A DNA stretch of 64,000 nt, from assembly GCA_949283025.1 (NCBI GenBank), contig CASDRB010000005.1, forward strand, positions 23,588-87,587. Reading direction: 5' to 3'. Position numbers and translations under genes: made by a program. Positions 1 through 10,447 of this stretch are shown here, piece by piece; positions within the stretch are counted from its first letter, which is position 1, and every line of letters starts with the position of its first letter. Source of the DNA: an uncultured bacterium (lineage in GTDB: Bacteria > Bacillota_I > Bacilli_A > RFN20 > CAG-826). The notes beneath the pieces are model-generated. The model was not told the origin of the DNA, did no database searches, and saw nothing but the letters and a program-made list of their open reading frames with translations.

Positions 1-381
1 AATATAATTAATAATATTTCTTCGTTTGAGTTAGCATATGCATCTAGAAATGCTCTCATGCTTGATTGGAAGGGCTCAAAAAAAGGTTTTGTTTGTTTTA
101 ATTTAACAAGTGGTATACGTTATGTAAAAATACTTGCGTCTCCGTTTTATTCGACAATTTACAATTACGATACTCAAAAAGAAGAATTCGTTTGCTTTGA
201 TAGTGGAATAGCTATCAATGATACAAATTATGTTAAATTAACATCCGAACCTCAAAAAGATAATCAAACTGCACCAATAATAAGCAGTGCCACATATGAT
301 TTAAAAAATCCAGTCAAAGAAATTACTCTTAAAACAGGATTATATGCATCATTAATTTATCAACTCATTTTATATGCATAG
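1..381 (+). CDS. hypothetical protein, C-terminal fragment (reading frame open to window start)
   Basis: ORF 58..381 is in frame with no stop back to nt 1 (..NIINNISSFELAYASRNALM-LDWKGS..). No recognisable motif. Confidence 0.35.
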   Translation, partial: NIINNISSFELAYASRNALMLDWKGSKKGFVCFNLTSGIRYVKILASPFYSTIYNYDTQKEEFVCFDSGIAINDTNYVKLTSEPQKDNQTAPIISSATYDLKNPVKEITLKTGLYASLIYQLILYA

Positions 382-432
382 ATGCATATTTTATTATTTA
401 ATTAATCTTGAAATTGTTTTAATATATACCAT

Positions 433-2643
433 ATGGAAGAAAATAATGGACTTATTTTTAATGGTGGCTATCCAATTCATAACTTTGAGGATTTAGAATC
501 TTTATATGATTCATATATATCTAATCAAAACGATCGCGATTCAATAAAAAAAGCTTATAAGTATATATTAAGAAAGCATGATGGGCAAATGCGTAAATCA
601 GGAGAGCCTTACTACCATCATCTTTTAGAAGTGGCTTACATTTTAGCATCTTTGCAATGCGGACCTGTAACAATAATTGCTGGTTTATTGCACGATGTAG
701 TAGAAGACACGAACACGCCATTAGAAGAAATAGAAAACGGGTGGGGGAAAGAGGTCGCTAAAATAGTTGATTCACTCACTAAAATTCAACGTTTGAAACT
801 ATCGAAAATTTCTAAAGAAGAATTTGAAGCCGAAGATCAACGAAAAATATTTTTAGGAATGGCTAGAGATGTTCGCGTCATCATCGTCAAATTAGCAGAT
901 AGGCTACATAACATGAGAACTCTTGATTCACTATCTAAAGATAGACAGATTGCCTTATCGCGTGAAACGCTGGATGTATTTGTTCCGATTGCACACCGTC
1001 TTGGTATTAATTTTATTAAAAGCGAATTAGAAGATCTATCATTAAAATATTTAGAACCAGAAAAATATAAAGAAGTTAAAAAATTGTTGTCTGTTAGAAG
1101 TAAAACATCTAAAAAATCTTTAGATGCTTTAACAAAGCGCATAGCTGATATTTTGTTTGAACACAATATTCCTTTCGATATTAAATCTAGAGTTAAATCA
1201 ATATATAGCATTTATGAAAAAATGTACCATAAAGGCAAAAAATTTGATGAAATTTATGATGTTTTAGCGCTTAGAATAATAACCAAAACTGAATTGCAAT
1301 GCTATGAAATTTTAGGTTTAATTCATCAAACATATCGACCTATTCCTGGCCGTTTTAAAGATTATATTGCGATGCCAAAACCCAATATGTATCAGTCATT
1401 GCATACATCTATTGTATCTGGAGATGGAAATATTTATGAGGTTCAAATCCGAACCGAAGATATGGATGAAGTTGCAGAAAGTGGTGTTGCCGCTCATTGG
1501 GCTTATAAGGAAGGGTCTTATAATTCGCAAAAAGAACAGCGAGAAATAGAAAATCAACTTCATTGGTTTAGAGACTTCGTATCCATATCAGGTCAAGAGG
1601 ATGGAGATGCTCAAGAATTCATGGATTCTTTGACGAATGATATATTCGGAGCTAATGTATATGTTTTTACACCAAAAGGAAAAGTAGTGGAATTGCCTAG
1701 AGACGCAACTCCATTAGATTTTGCATATCGAATTCACACCAAGGTTGGCGAAAATGCTGTAGGAGCCTTAATAAATAATTTGATGGTGCCTTTAAATACA
1801 AAATTAAAAACTGGCGATGTTGTCGAGATAAGAACAAGTAAAAACCCCCCTGGTCCAAATGAAAAATGGTTGGATTTTGTAGTTACAAATAATGCCAAAT
1901 CAAATATAAGAAAATATCTTATTAAGAAAAACGCGGCATTCATGAAGCAAGAAAATATTCAAAAAGGAAAACAAGCCTGCATCGATGCTTTTCGCGAACG
2001 AGGTGTTACTAGCGAAACGGAAGTAATCAATTATTGCAGCGACAAAAAAGTTTTGGATCATTTTAAATATCAAGATAGCGATTCTTTGTATTTGGGTATA
2101 GCTAATAAAGAAATTTCTCCAGGATTAATCACTGAATTTTTAGGTCTTAAAAAAGCTCAAAATTTTCCTAACATTCGTTTAAAAACCACAGCGATAGGAG
2201 ATTGTCCTGTATATTGTAAAGGAGTTGGAAAAATAGCCATTTCTTTGGCTTCGTGTTGCACACCGATACCTGGCGATTCAATCATTGGATACATTACACG
2301 CGGGAAAGGCATTACTGTTCATCGTACAAATTGTCCAAATATTGCAAAAGAAAAAGTTAGATTGGTTGAGGTTTATTGGCGCGATGATTTAGGAAACGAT
2401 ACATATCAAGTTGATATTGTTATCGAATCAAGTGATCGAGAATCGCTATTAACTGATATAATGGGTGTTTTTTCTACTCAAAAAGTTAATGTTACATCTT
2501 TGCATGCTAAATTTAATCCTAATACTATGCTTACTACAATTACAGCTTCTATTCATGTTAAAAATTTGGAAAAATTAAATTCCGTATTTAGCGCTATTTT
2601 AAACGTCAAAGGTGTAATTAATGTTTCTAGAACAATTCATTAG
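433..2643 (+). CDS. rel: bifunctional (p)ppGpp synthetase/hydrolase, RelA/SpoT (Rel) family
   Basis: 736 aa. HD hydrolase motifs (HHLLEVA..GLLHDVVEDT), synthetase region (RPIPGRFKDYIAMPKPNMYQSLHT), C-terminal TGS/ACT-like region. rel-hisS-aspS order as in Bacillus. Confidence 0.9.
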   Translation: MEENNGLIFNGGYPIHNFEDLESLYDSYISNQNDRDSIKKAYKYILRKHDGQMRKSGEPYYHHLLEVAYILASLQCGPVTIIAGLLHDVVEDTNTPLEEIENGWGKEVAKIVDSLTKIQRLKLSKISKEEFEAEDQRKIFLGMARDVRVIIVKLADRLHNMRTLDSLSKDRQIALSRETLDVFVPIAHRLGINFIKSELEDLSLKYLEPEKYKEVKKLLSVRSKTSKKSLDALTKRIADILFEHNIPFDIKSRVKSIYSIYEKMYHKGKKFDEIYDVLALRIITKTELQCYEILGLIHQTYRPIPGRFKDYIAMPKPNMYQSLHTSIVSGDGNIYEVQIRTEDMDEVAESGVAAHWAYKEGSYNSQKEQREIENQLHWFRDFVSISGQEDGDAQEFMDSLTNDIFGANVYVFTPKGKVVELPRDATPLDFAYRIHTKVGENAVGALINNLMVPLNTKLKTGDVVEIRTSKNPPGPNEKWLDFVVTNNAKSNIRKYLIKKNAAFMKQENIQKGKQACIDAFRERGVTSETEVINYCSDKKVLDHFKYQDSDSLYLGIANKEISPGLITEFLGLKKAQNFPNIRLKTTAIGDCPVYCKGVGKIAISLASCCTPIPGDSIIGYITRGKGITVHRTNCPNIAKEKVRLVEVYWRDDLGNDTYQVDIVIESSDRESLLTDIMGVFSTQKVNVTSLHAKFNPNTMLTTITASIHVKNLEKLNSVFSAILNVKGVINVSRTIH

Positions 2644-2707
2644 TTTTTGATTTATTATTAATTATTTTATATAATAACTCCGTAGATTAAAATCTAGGAG
2701 TTTTTAT

Positions 2708-4087
2708 ATGGATATACAAAACGTCAAAGGTACTCACGATGTGATATTAGATGAAGCGAATGCCTATGAATATATTGAAAATGTCATGAAAGCTATCGCT
2801 GAAAGTTATGCGTTTAAACAATTTAGAATTCCAGTTATTGAAAATAGCAATTTATTTCAACGTAGTGTTGGTGAAAGTTCTGACATAGTTAGAAAAGAAA
2901 TGTACACATTCAAGGATAAAGGTGAGCGCTTAATAACTTTACGGCCAGAATTTACAGCAGGTATTATTAGAAGTTTTGTAAACAATAAATTGTACGCAAC
3001 TAAAGATTTGCCAGTAAAGGCTTACTATGTTGGACCTGTATTTCGTTATGAAAGACCTCAATTAGGCCGATATCGTCAATTTAATCAATTCGGCATTGAA
3101 ACAATTGGAACTGATAATTTTTATCATGATGTCGAGGCAATTGTCTTGGGGTATTCGATTTTAAAATCATTAGGATTAGAAAATGTTAAAGTAAAAATAA
3201 ACACTCTTGGCGATTTGGAATCTAGGAAAAATTATAAAGAAGCTTTAAAAACTTTTTTTGAGCCTCATTTAAATAATATGTGCAGCGATTGTAAACAACG
3301 ATTCGCATTAAATCCGTTGCGAATTTTAGATTGTAAAGTTGAAGACGATAAAAAAATTATTGCTGACGCTCCAAAAATGACAAACTATTTATCAAGCGAA
3401 TCTAAAAATAGATTTAATAAAGTTATTACTTTATTAAAAGAAATTGGAGTTGATTTTGAAATAGATGATACATTGGTCCGCGGACTTGATTATTATTCAC
3501 AGACAGTTTTTGAATTTCATTACTCATCTTCAAAAGGTGTCGATTATGGTGCGATTGGCGCTGGTGGACATTACGATTCTCTTGTTAAAGAGATCGGCGG
3601 TCCGCAACTAGAAGGTGTTGGATTATCGTTTGGAATTGAAAGAGTTTATTCAGTAATGGCAGATGATGGTTTGACTGGCTTTGAAAGTGCTGGATTAGAT
3701 ATTTATGTAATGCCTATTGGTGAAGCTGAACAAGAAATTGGATTTTATTTAACTTCTAACTTGCGTCAATATGGGTTTAGTTGTGAAATTGACTTGAGTA
3801 ATTCCAAAATAGGAAGCATGCTTAAAAAGGCAAATCGTCTTCAAGCACATTTTGCTATCATCATCGGAGAAGAAGAAATTGATAGCAAAAAAGCGACTAT
3901 TAAAAATTTAAAAACTCAAGAGCAAGTAAAAATTGATTTTGATGATTTAATAAATTATTTTGATAAAGCATTTCAATTAAACGATGATCACCACGAATGT
4001 CATCATGACGATGAATGTTGTTGCCATAAAGAAAAAGATGTTGATGGACATCATTGCTGCAAACATCATAAAGGAGAAAATGAATAA
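2708..4087 (+). CDS. hisS: histidine--tRNA ligase with unusual His/Cys-rich C-terminal tail
   Basis: Class II aaRS motifs (GPVFRYERPQLGRYRQFNQFG, GGHYDSL..GVGLSFGIER). AGGAG SD 8 nt upstream. About 37 extra C-terminal residues HHECHHDDECCCHKEKDVDGHHCCKHHK. Confidence 0.9.
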   Translation: MDIQNVKGTHDVILDEANAYEYIENVMKAIAESYAFKQFRIPVIENSNLFQRSVGESSDIVRKEMYTFKDKGERLITLRPEFTAGIIRSFVNNKLYATKDLPVKAYYVGPVFRYERPQLGRYRQFNQFGIETIGTDNFYHDVEAIVLGYSILKSLGLENVKVKINTLGDLESRKNYKEALKTFFEPHLNNMCSDCKQRFALNPLRILDCKVEDDKKIIADAPKMTNYLSSESKNRFNKVITLLKEIGVDFEIDDTLVRGLDYYSQTVFEFHYSSSKGVDYGAIGAGGHYDSLVKEIGGPQLEGVGLSFGIERVYSVMADDGLTGFESAGLDIYVMPIGEAEQEIGFYLTSNLRQYGFSCEIDLSNSKIGSMLKKANRLQAHFAIIIGEEEIDSKKATIKNLKTQEQVKIDFDDLINYFDKAFQLNDDHHECHHDDECCCHKEKDVDGHHCCKHHKGENE

Positions 4088-5828
4088 TATGCAAAGAACA
4101 TGCTTTAATTGCGATTTAAATATAAAAAATGTTGGCGAGAAAGTTGTTTTATTAGGATGGGCCAGTAAAAGAAGAAATCTAGGACAATTGCTATTTATCG
4201 ATTTAAGAGATAGATCTGGGATTATTCAAGTAGTAGTAAAAGATGGAACTGAAATTCCTGATATCCGCAATGAATATGTTTTGCAAGTTTATGGCACAGT
4301 AGCCAAAAAAGATGTAGCAAACAAAAATTTAAAAACAGGAGAAATAGAAATAATTGCCGATAAGATAATTGTCGTCAATAAAGCTAAAAATCCGCCATTA
4401 ATTATCGATGATAAAACAGATGCATTAGAAGATACTCGCCTTAAATATCGTTATTTAGACTTAAGACGACCAGTAATGCAACATTATTTTGATATTAGAC
4501 ATCAAATAAAATTGACTGTCCATGATTATCTATCTAATTTGCATTTTATCGAAATAGAAACCCCTGTGTTGTGTGCTAGTTCTCCAGAAGGAGCCAAAGA
4601 ATATTTGGTTCCATCAAGAATTCATCATGGCAGTTTTTATGCATTGCCGCAAAGCCCACAAATGTTTAAACAATTATTGATGATTGGCGGATTTGAAAGA
4701 TATTATCAAATTGCCCGTTGTTTTAGAGATGAAGATTTAAGAGCTGATAGACAGCCAGATTTTACTCAAATTGACATCGAAACTTCATTTTTAGATCAAA
4801 ATCAATTTTTAAATATGATGGAAGGCCTTGTACAAAAAATATTTAAAAATACAATTGGCTACGATGTTAAATTGCCACTAAGACAGATGAAATATAAAGA
4901 CGCAATCGATAACTATGGTTCAGATAAACCTGATACTAGATTTGATATGATGCTTCATAATATTAAAAAGATGATGCAAAAATCGAGTTTTGAAGGATTT
5001 AAATCGGCCGAAGATATCCGTGGTATAAAAGTTGAAAATGTCGCTGATAAAACTTCGCGAAAAGTTATTGATTCCTTAAACTTAGAAGCAAAAAAATTCT
5101 CTTTAAATGGAGTCAGCGTATTAAAAGTCGATCAAAATGAATTGCAAGGATCTTTTGTTAAATTTATGGACCAGGATTTAATAAATGAATTAGTCGATGA
5201 ATTTAAGGCAAAAGATAATGATATTATCATTATTACAAGTGGTGCATACAATCGTGTCACATCATTTTTAGGAGCGATAAGAAATCAATATGCTAAACAA
5301 TTGAACTTAATTAAACCAAATACATATGATTTATTGTGGGTCGTCGATTTCCCAATGTTTGAAAAAAATGTTGAAGATCAAAAAATTGTGGCCACTCATC
5401 ATCCTTTCACTAGACCAAAAGATGAATCTATTCAATATTTAGATACTAATCCATTAAATGTACTAAGTTATGCTTATGATATTGTAATTAATGGCTATGA
5501 AGCTGGCGGTGGAACATTGCGTATTTATGACCAAGACATGCAACAAAAAATATTTGAAATTTTAGGTTTATCAGATGATGAAATCAAAGAAAAATTTGGA
5601 TATTTTATTGAAGCCTTAAAATATGGCACGCCTCCTCATGCAGGTATGGCTTTTGGACTTGATCGACTCGCTATGATATTGGGTGGAACCGACAATATTC
5701 GCGATGTGATAGCTTTTCCAAAAAATCTCGCTGGAGTTTGTCCTATGTCTGGCGCTCCGACTAAAGTTAGTCAATCACAATTAGATGAACTAGGGCTTAT
5801 CATCAAAGATTACAAAGAAACTAAATAA
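4080..5828 (+). CDS. aspS: aspartate--tRNA ligase
   Basis: N-terminal OB fold (VVLLGWASKRRNLGQLLFIDLRDRSG), class II motifs (FRDEDLRADRQPDFTQID, GGGTLRIYD, AGMAFGLDRL). Start moved to ATG 4080 (MNNMQRT), preceded by AAAGGAG and overlapping the hisS stop (ATGAATAA). The ORF-track start at 3984 is an in-frame extension through the hisS tail. Confidence 0.88.
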   Translation: MNNMQRTCFNCDLNIKNVGEKVVLLGWASKRRNLGQLLFIDLRDRSGIIQVVVKDGTEIPDIRNEYVLQVYGTVAKKDVANKNLKTGEIEIIADKIIVVNKAKNPPLIIDDKTDALEDTRLKYRYLDLRRPVMQHYFDIRHQIKLTVHDYLSNLHFIEIETPVLCASSPEGAKEYLVPSRIHHGSFYALPQSPQMFKQLLMIGGFERYYQIARCFRDEDLRADRQPDFTQIDIETSFLDQNQFLNMMEGLVQKIFKNTIGYDVKLPLRQMKYKDAIDNYGSDKPDTRFDMMLHNIKKMMQKSSFEGFKSAEDIRGIKVENVADKTSRKVIDSLNLEAKKFSLNGVSVLKVDQNELQGSFVKFMDQDLINELVDEFKAKDNDIIIITSGAYNRVTSFLGAIRNQYAKQLNLIKPNTYDLLWVVDFPMFEKNVEDQKIVATHHPFTRPKDESIQYLDTNPLNVLSYAYDIVINGYEAGGGTLRIYDQDMQQKIFEILGLSDDEIKEKFGYFIEALKYGTPPHAGMAFGLDRLAMILGGTDNIRDVIAFPKNLAGVCPMSGAPTKVSQSQLDELGLIIKDYKETK

Positions 5829-5859
5829 TTGCTAAAAATATACTAAAAGGAGTAAAATT

Positions 5860-7842
5860 ATGCAAAAAATCAGAGAAATCGACAAATTATCAGTGGCAGC
5901 AATACGCTCGCTATGTATCGATGGAATCAACAAAGCAAAATCGGGTCATCCTGGAATGGCATTAGGTTCTGCACCTATTCTTTATACTTTGTGGACAAGA
6001 CACTTAGTCAGCGATCCTACACATCCGGAATGGATTAATCGCGATCGTTTTGTTTTAAGTGCCGGTCATGCTAGCATGCTTTTATATGCTTTGTTGCATA
6101 TAGCTGGCTATGGACTATCTTTGGATGACATTAAATCATTTAGGCAATTAAATTCATTAACTCCTGGTCATCCTGAATTTGGTCATACAAAAGGCGTAGA
6201 TGCGACATCTGGTCCTTTGGGACAAGGTATTGCTCAAGCAGTTGGGATGGCAATGGCTGAACAGTCGATTCAAGCTCAATATGAAGATGGCCATAAAATA
6301 ATGGATCATTATACTTATGTATTATGTGGAGATGGATGCTTGGAGGAAGGTTTATCTCAAGAAGCCATTTCTTTGGCAGGCCATCAAAAATTGAATAAAT
6401 TAATATTGCTTTATGATTCAAACAAAGTAACTTTAGATGGTCCATTACCACTATCTTTTTCTGAATCTGTTAGTTTGCGTTTTCAATCAAGTGGTTGGAA
6501 TGTAATTCATGTTGAAGATGGAAATGACATAGACGCAATTGATTCAGCAATTAGTAAAGCCAAAAAATCAAAAGAAAAACCGACAATAATTATCGTAGAA
6601 ACCGTCATTGGTTATGGAAGCGCTAAACAAGGAACATCAAAAGTTCATGGATCTCCATTAGGAATTGAAGACGGAACTCATGCAAAAAAAGAAGTATATG
6701 GATATGATTACGATGACTTTTTTATTCCAGAAGAAGTTTATAAACATTTTGAAAAAACTTTTATAAATCGCGGTAAAGAAGCGTATGAGAAATATGTCCA
6801 TAATTTTGAAAATTATTCTAAAAAACATACAAAAGATGCGGTAAGATTCAAACTTTTAAGAAAAAACGATGTGTCTGAGTATTTGCCTAAAGTTTTCCCA
6901 GATTTTGAAAAAGGTAGCGCTGATTCGACTAGAAACTCTTCTGGTAAAGCACTAAACGCTTATATTTTATCAATTCCTAATATGATAGGTGGTTCTGCTG
7001 ATGTCGCCGGTTCGGTCATCACCAAAATTAATGGTGGAACAGATTTTACCCCCGAAAATAGAGCAGGGCACAATATCAATTGGGGGATTAGAGAATTTGC
7101 GATGGCTTGTGCTCAAAACGGAATGCTATTACATGGCGGTCTTAGACCATATATTGGCTGTTTTTTGGTCTTTTCTGATTACATGAAATCTGCAATTAGA
7201 ATGGCTGCATTATCTAATTTGCCTGGCATATTCTTATTCTCGCACGATAGTATCGCCGTCGGTGAAGATGGGCCAACTCATCAACCGATTGAACATTTAG
7301 CTATGCTTAGATCAATACCAAATCTTGTTGTCATACGTCCTTGCGATGAACGAGAAACGTTTGCAGCGTGGTATCAAGCTTTAGCTTCTATCAAGCATCC
7401 TACGGCTTTGATTTTATCTAGACAAAATTTGCCTTTATTAGATAATTCTAGTGCTGAAGGATTAAGCAAAGGTGCTTATATTGTTTCTAAAGAACAAAAA
7501 GAAGCGGTTTTAGACATTATTGCTACTGGAAGCGAAGTGTCATTAGCTGTTGATGTTCAAAAAGAGTTACTTAAAGATGGAATAGATGTTCGCATCATAT
7601 CGATGCCATCATGGGAATTATTTGAAAGACAAAGCAAAGAGTATAAATCTCAAATTCTTCATTTGCCATACGAACGACGAGTTTCAATTGAAATGCTTTC
7701 TACATTCGGCTGGGCAAAATATGCAAAATATAATATAGGCATTGATACATTTGGGGCAAGCGGGCCTGCTAAAGATATTATCAAACATTATCGCTTTACA
7801 TGTGAGGATATTGTTAAAAAAATCAAAAGTTTAATTTCTTGA
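5860..7842 (+). CDS. tkt: transketolase
   Basis: 660 aa. TPP-binding GHPG..GDGCLEEG motifs. AAAGGAG SD. Confidence 0.9.
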   Translation: MQKIREIDKLSVAAIRSLCIDGINKAKSGHPGMALGSAPILYTLWTRHLVSDPTHPEWINRDRFVLSAGHASMLLYALLHIAGYGLSLDDIKSFRQLNSLTPGHPEFGHTKGVDATSGPLGQGIAQAVGMAMAEQSIQAQYEDGHKIMDHYTYVLCGDGCLEEGLSQEAISLAGHQKLNKLILLYDSNKVTLDGPLPLSFSESVSLRFQSSGWNVIHVEDGNDIDAIDSAISKAKKSKEKPTIIIVETVIGYGSAKQGTSKVHGSPLGIEDGTHAKKEVYGYDYDDFFIPEEVYKHFEKTFINRGKEAYEKYVHNFENYSKKHTKDAVRFKLLRKNDVSEYLPKVFPDFEKGSADSTRNSSGKALNAYILSIPNMIGGSADVAGSVITKINGGTDFTPENRAGHNINWGIREFAMACAQNGMLLHGGLRPYIGCFLVFSDYMKSAIRMAALSNLPGIFLFSHDSIAVGEDGPTHQPIEHLAMLRSIPNLVVIRPCDERETFAAWYQALASIKHPTALILSRQNLPLLDNSSAEGLSKGAYIVSKEQKEAVLDIIATGSEVSLAVDVQKELLKDGIDVRIISMPSWELFERQSKEYKSQILHLPYERRVSIEMLSTFGWAKYAKYNIGIDTFGASGPAKDIIKHYRFTCEDIVKKIKSLIS

Positions 7843-7902
7843 TTTTGATTTTAACTTTACATGATATTCGATTATTAAATATAATAATCAAGAGGGTGTT
7901 TT

Positions 7903-8274
7903 ATGGCGGAATATGTTTTTATTGATAATTTAACAAAAAAAGGTAAAATCGGTATATCTTTTGTAGCATTGGAAAGTTTAGTATCTGATGTTATTTCTGA
8001 AATGCCTGGAATAACAAAAAGTTCCCGCTATTCAAAAAATAACTTTTTTAAGTTGTTTAGACCAGTAAAAGTCGATATCAAAAATGGCGTTGTTTATGTC
8101 AAGGTTGCTATTGAAGTTGATGAAAAAGTTGATGAAAAGACCGTTATTAAAAATTTAGAAGAAGAAATTCATACCGCTTTATATACCGCAACTGAACAAG
8201 TTCCACACGAAATTGATATCAAAGTCGAGCATAAAAAAGCGGAAAATGAAAAAAAGAAAAATAAGAAAATCTAA
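7903..8274 (+). CDS. Asp23/Gls24 (alkaline shock protein) family protein
   Basis: 123 aa, typical Asp23 N-terminus (ISFVALESLVSDVISEMPGI). Sits upstream of nusB as B. subtilis yqhY does. Confidence 0.75.
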   Translation: MAEYVFIDNLTKKGKIGISFVALESLVSDVISEMPGITKSSRYSKNNFFKLFRPVKVDIKNGVVYVKVAIEVDEKVDEKTVIKNLEEEIHTALYTATEQVPHEIDIKVEHKKAENEKKKNKKI

Positions 8275-8914
8275 AAAGACATTAACGTATGCAGAGGCGC
8301 ATAACCGCGCCTTTTTGGCATACAACAAAGCTTCTCGAGTAATAATATGGGCTGCTATTTTAAATGTAATTGGCTTGATGGTTGCAATTATTCAACAGGC
8401 AATGACAAAATTTGATGATTATTTTGTTTTTGCTTTAAATTCGTTGCTTGGTTCAACTGTCGTTAGCAGTGGATTTCAATTTTCATTATGCTACGGAATA
8501 AACTCATTTATTTTTAGATTATTAGAAATTCCATTTGCTAACAAATTGGGAGATCAAACGCTTAGTTATACGTCTTATATTATTATATTAGTTATTATTG
8601 CTATTTTAATTTCGGCTATTACAGTTTACGTTTCAGTTTTAGCCTCACAAGGAAAAAAAGCTGCTCTTTATGGAGAAATCATTTTTTATATACTGGACAC
8701 ATTCATGATAGTCGGTTGTTATATTATTGGCGAGGCGAGTGAAATTTTATGGATTTTAATCGGACTTCATGTCATTGTTTTATTTTTTCTTGGAATGGCT
8801 TTATTCCAGTATTATAAATTGTTTGAAATTGAAAAAAATTATAAAATAAAACCTAGTGAGAATAAGCATGCAACAAAAGGGAGTGATGATAATGAAACGC
8901 ATATCAAGAAATAA
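8246..8914 (+). CDS. integral membrane protein (4-5 TM helices), function unknown
   Basis: Hydrophobic segments throughout, basic N-terminus MKKRKIRKSKK. Start set at ATG 8246 rather than 8213 to limit overlap with the upstream gene. Confidence 0.55.
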   Translation: MKKRKIRKSKKTLTYAEAHNRAFLAYNKASRVIIWAAILNVIGLMVAIIQQAMTKFDDYFVFALNSLLGSTVVSSGFQFSLCYGINSFIFRLLEIPFANKLGDQTLSYTSYIIILVIIAILISAITVYVSVLASQGKKAALYGEIIFYILDTFMIVGCYIIGEASEILWILIGLHVIVLFFLGMALFQYYKLFEIEKNYKIKPSENKHATKGSDDNETHIKK

Positions 8915-9302
8915 GCAGCATAATGTTGCTATGAGCATCATTTATCAAATCTTATGCTTGCAAGATTTGAAAATTGATTACGACATTAAAGAATTAATTG
9001 CAAGTGCATTAGATGAACCTTTTGAAGATGTTGACATATATATAAAACAAGTTGTAGTTGGCGCAATTGCGCATCAACACGACATTATTGTTGCTTATAC
9101 TCCATTTTTAGTTAAATGGAAATTTGAAAGACTAGCAAAAGTTGAACAAGCCATATTGTTTTTAGCCTATTCCCATTACTATTTTGTAAAAGATGTCGAT
9201 AAGAAAGTAGTAATTTCTATCGCTGTGAATCAAGCAAAAGATTATTTAAATAAAGATGACTACAAATTTGTAAATGCAATATTGGAGAAAGTTATTAAAT
9301 GA
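8892..9302 (+). CDS. nusB: transcription antitermination factor NusB
   Basis: NusB-like helical protein (MKRISRNKQHNVAMSIIYQILCL..). AAGGGAG SD before ATG 8892. Conserved position before xseA. Confidence 0.75.
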   Translation: MKRISRNKQHNVAMSIIYQILCLQDLKIDYDIKELIASALDEPFEDVDIYIKQVVVGAIAHQHDIIVAYTPFLVKWKFERLAKVEQAILFLAYSHYYFVKDVDKKVVISIAVNQAKDYLNKDDYKFVNAILEKVIK

Positions 9303-10447
9303 TTGATGCTGATATTTCTATTTCTGTTTCCGATGTTAATGAATACATCAAAAAAACATTGGAAGAAGATGAAAATTTGCACTATTTATATGTGAAAGGT
9401 GAAATTTCTAATTATAAAGTCGCATCTAATGGAGCAGCTTATTTTTCTTTAAGCGACGATAAGTCAACTATATCGTGCGTCATTTTTTCTAATTATCGAC
9501 AAGCATTAAAATTTAATCCCGCAAATGGCGATGATGTAAAAGTTATTGCAAGTTTAAGCGTTTATGCACCAAGAGGAACATATTCGCTTAGAGTTTATAA
9601 TATCGAAAAAAAAGGATTAGGGGACGCCTTGGTCGAACTAGAAAAATTAAAAAAGAAACTAGCTAGTGAAGGGCTATTCGATGATTCAAAGAAAAAACCT
9701 ATAAATCAATATCCTAAAAAAATTGGAATTATTACTGCATTGAATTCTGCAGCATTAAAAGATTTGATTTTCAATATACAACGACGTTTTCCGATTGTCG
9801 ATATTTATATTTTTCCTTCATCAGTTCAAGGAGAGAGTGCTCCAAAAGAGTTACTAGAAGCTTATAAAGCATCTCAAGAATACGATTTAGACACTTTAAT
9901 AATTGGACGTGGAGGTGGATCAAGCGAAGACCTTTCTGCTTTTAATGATGAGACGTTGATAAGAGCATTAGCTTCAAGAAAATGTCCAATAATTTCAGCT
10001 GTAGGACACGAAATTGATATGACATTGATTGATTTAATCGCAGATAAAAGAGCATCTACTCCAACTGGTGCAGCCGAAATTGCTACTCCAAATCGCGATG
10101 ATATAGAAGAAAGATTGATTCAATCAGATTTAGATATCAAAGATGCAATCAAACAAAAATTAAAAAATTATGAAAATAACTTTATCTTTTTAAAAAATCA
10201 ACTTGAAAGAACTATGGACAGTTATTTAAACAATTTACAAAACACAATAAAGCAAAAAAGCAATCACCTAGACGACTTAAATCCAATGAAAATTTTAAGC
10301 AGGGGATATAGCATTACATTAAATGAAAACGGGAGTATAATTAAAAGTATAAAGCAAGTCAAAATTAATGAATCGATAGATATAAAATTGAGCGATGGCA
10401 CAATAAGAAGCCAAATAAACGAGGTGTTAAATAAAAATGAAAAATAA
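9299..10447 (+). CDS. xseA: exodeoxyribonuclease VII large subunit
   Basis: N-terminal OB fold followed by the catalytic region (GIITALNSAALKD, IIGRGGGSSEDL). ATGA overlap with nusB. Confidence 0.88.
   Translation: MIDADISISVSDVNEYIKKTLEEDENLHYLYVKGEISNYKVASNGAAYFSLSDDKSTISCVIFSNYRQALKFNPANGDDVKVIASLSVYAPRGTYSLRVYNIEKKGLGDALVELEKLKKKLASEGLFDDSKKKPINQYPKKIGIITALNSAALKDLIFNIQRRFPIVDIYIFPSSVQGESAPKELLEAYKASQEYDLDTLIIGRGGGSSEDLSAFNDETLIRALASRKCPIISAVGHEIDMTLIDLIADKRASTPTGAAEIATPNRDDIEERLIQSDLDIKDAIKQKLKNYENNFIFLKNQLERTMDSYLNNLQNTIKQKSNHLDDLNPMKILSRGYSITLNENGSIIKSIKQVKINESIDIKLSDGTIRSQINEVLNKNEK

Noticed and set aside
837-1211. 124-aa minus-strand ORF inside rel
   Set aside because: Fully antisense to a well-supported gene, low complexity, no motif. 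Other antisense ORFs were rejected for the same reason: 521..721, 1734..1943, 6140..6451, 17109..17498, 21956..22420, 33258..33557, 34995..35279, 41314..41622, 62900..63349 and others in the track.
3984-4079. ORF-track N-terminal extension of aspS (MITTNVIMTMNVV...)
   Set aside because: Lies in an alternative frame of the hisS 3' end. AspRS homology begins at MNNMQRT, which has its own SD.
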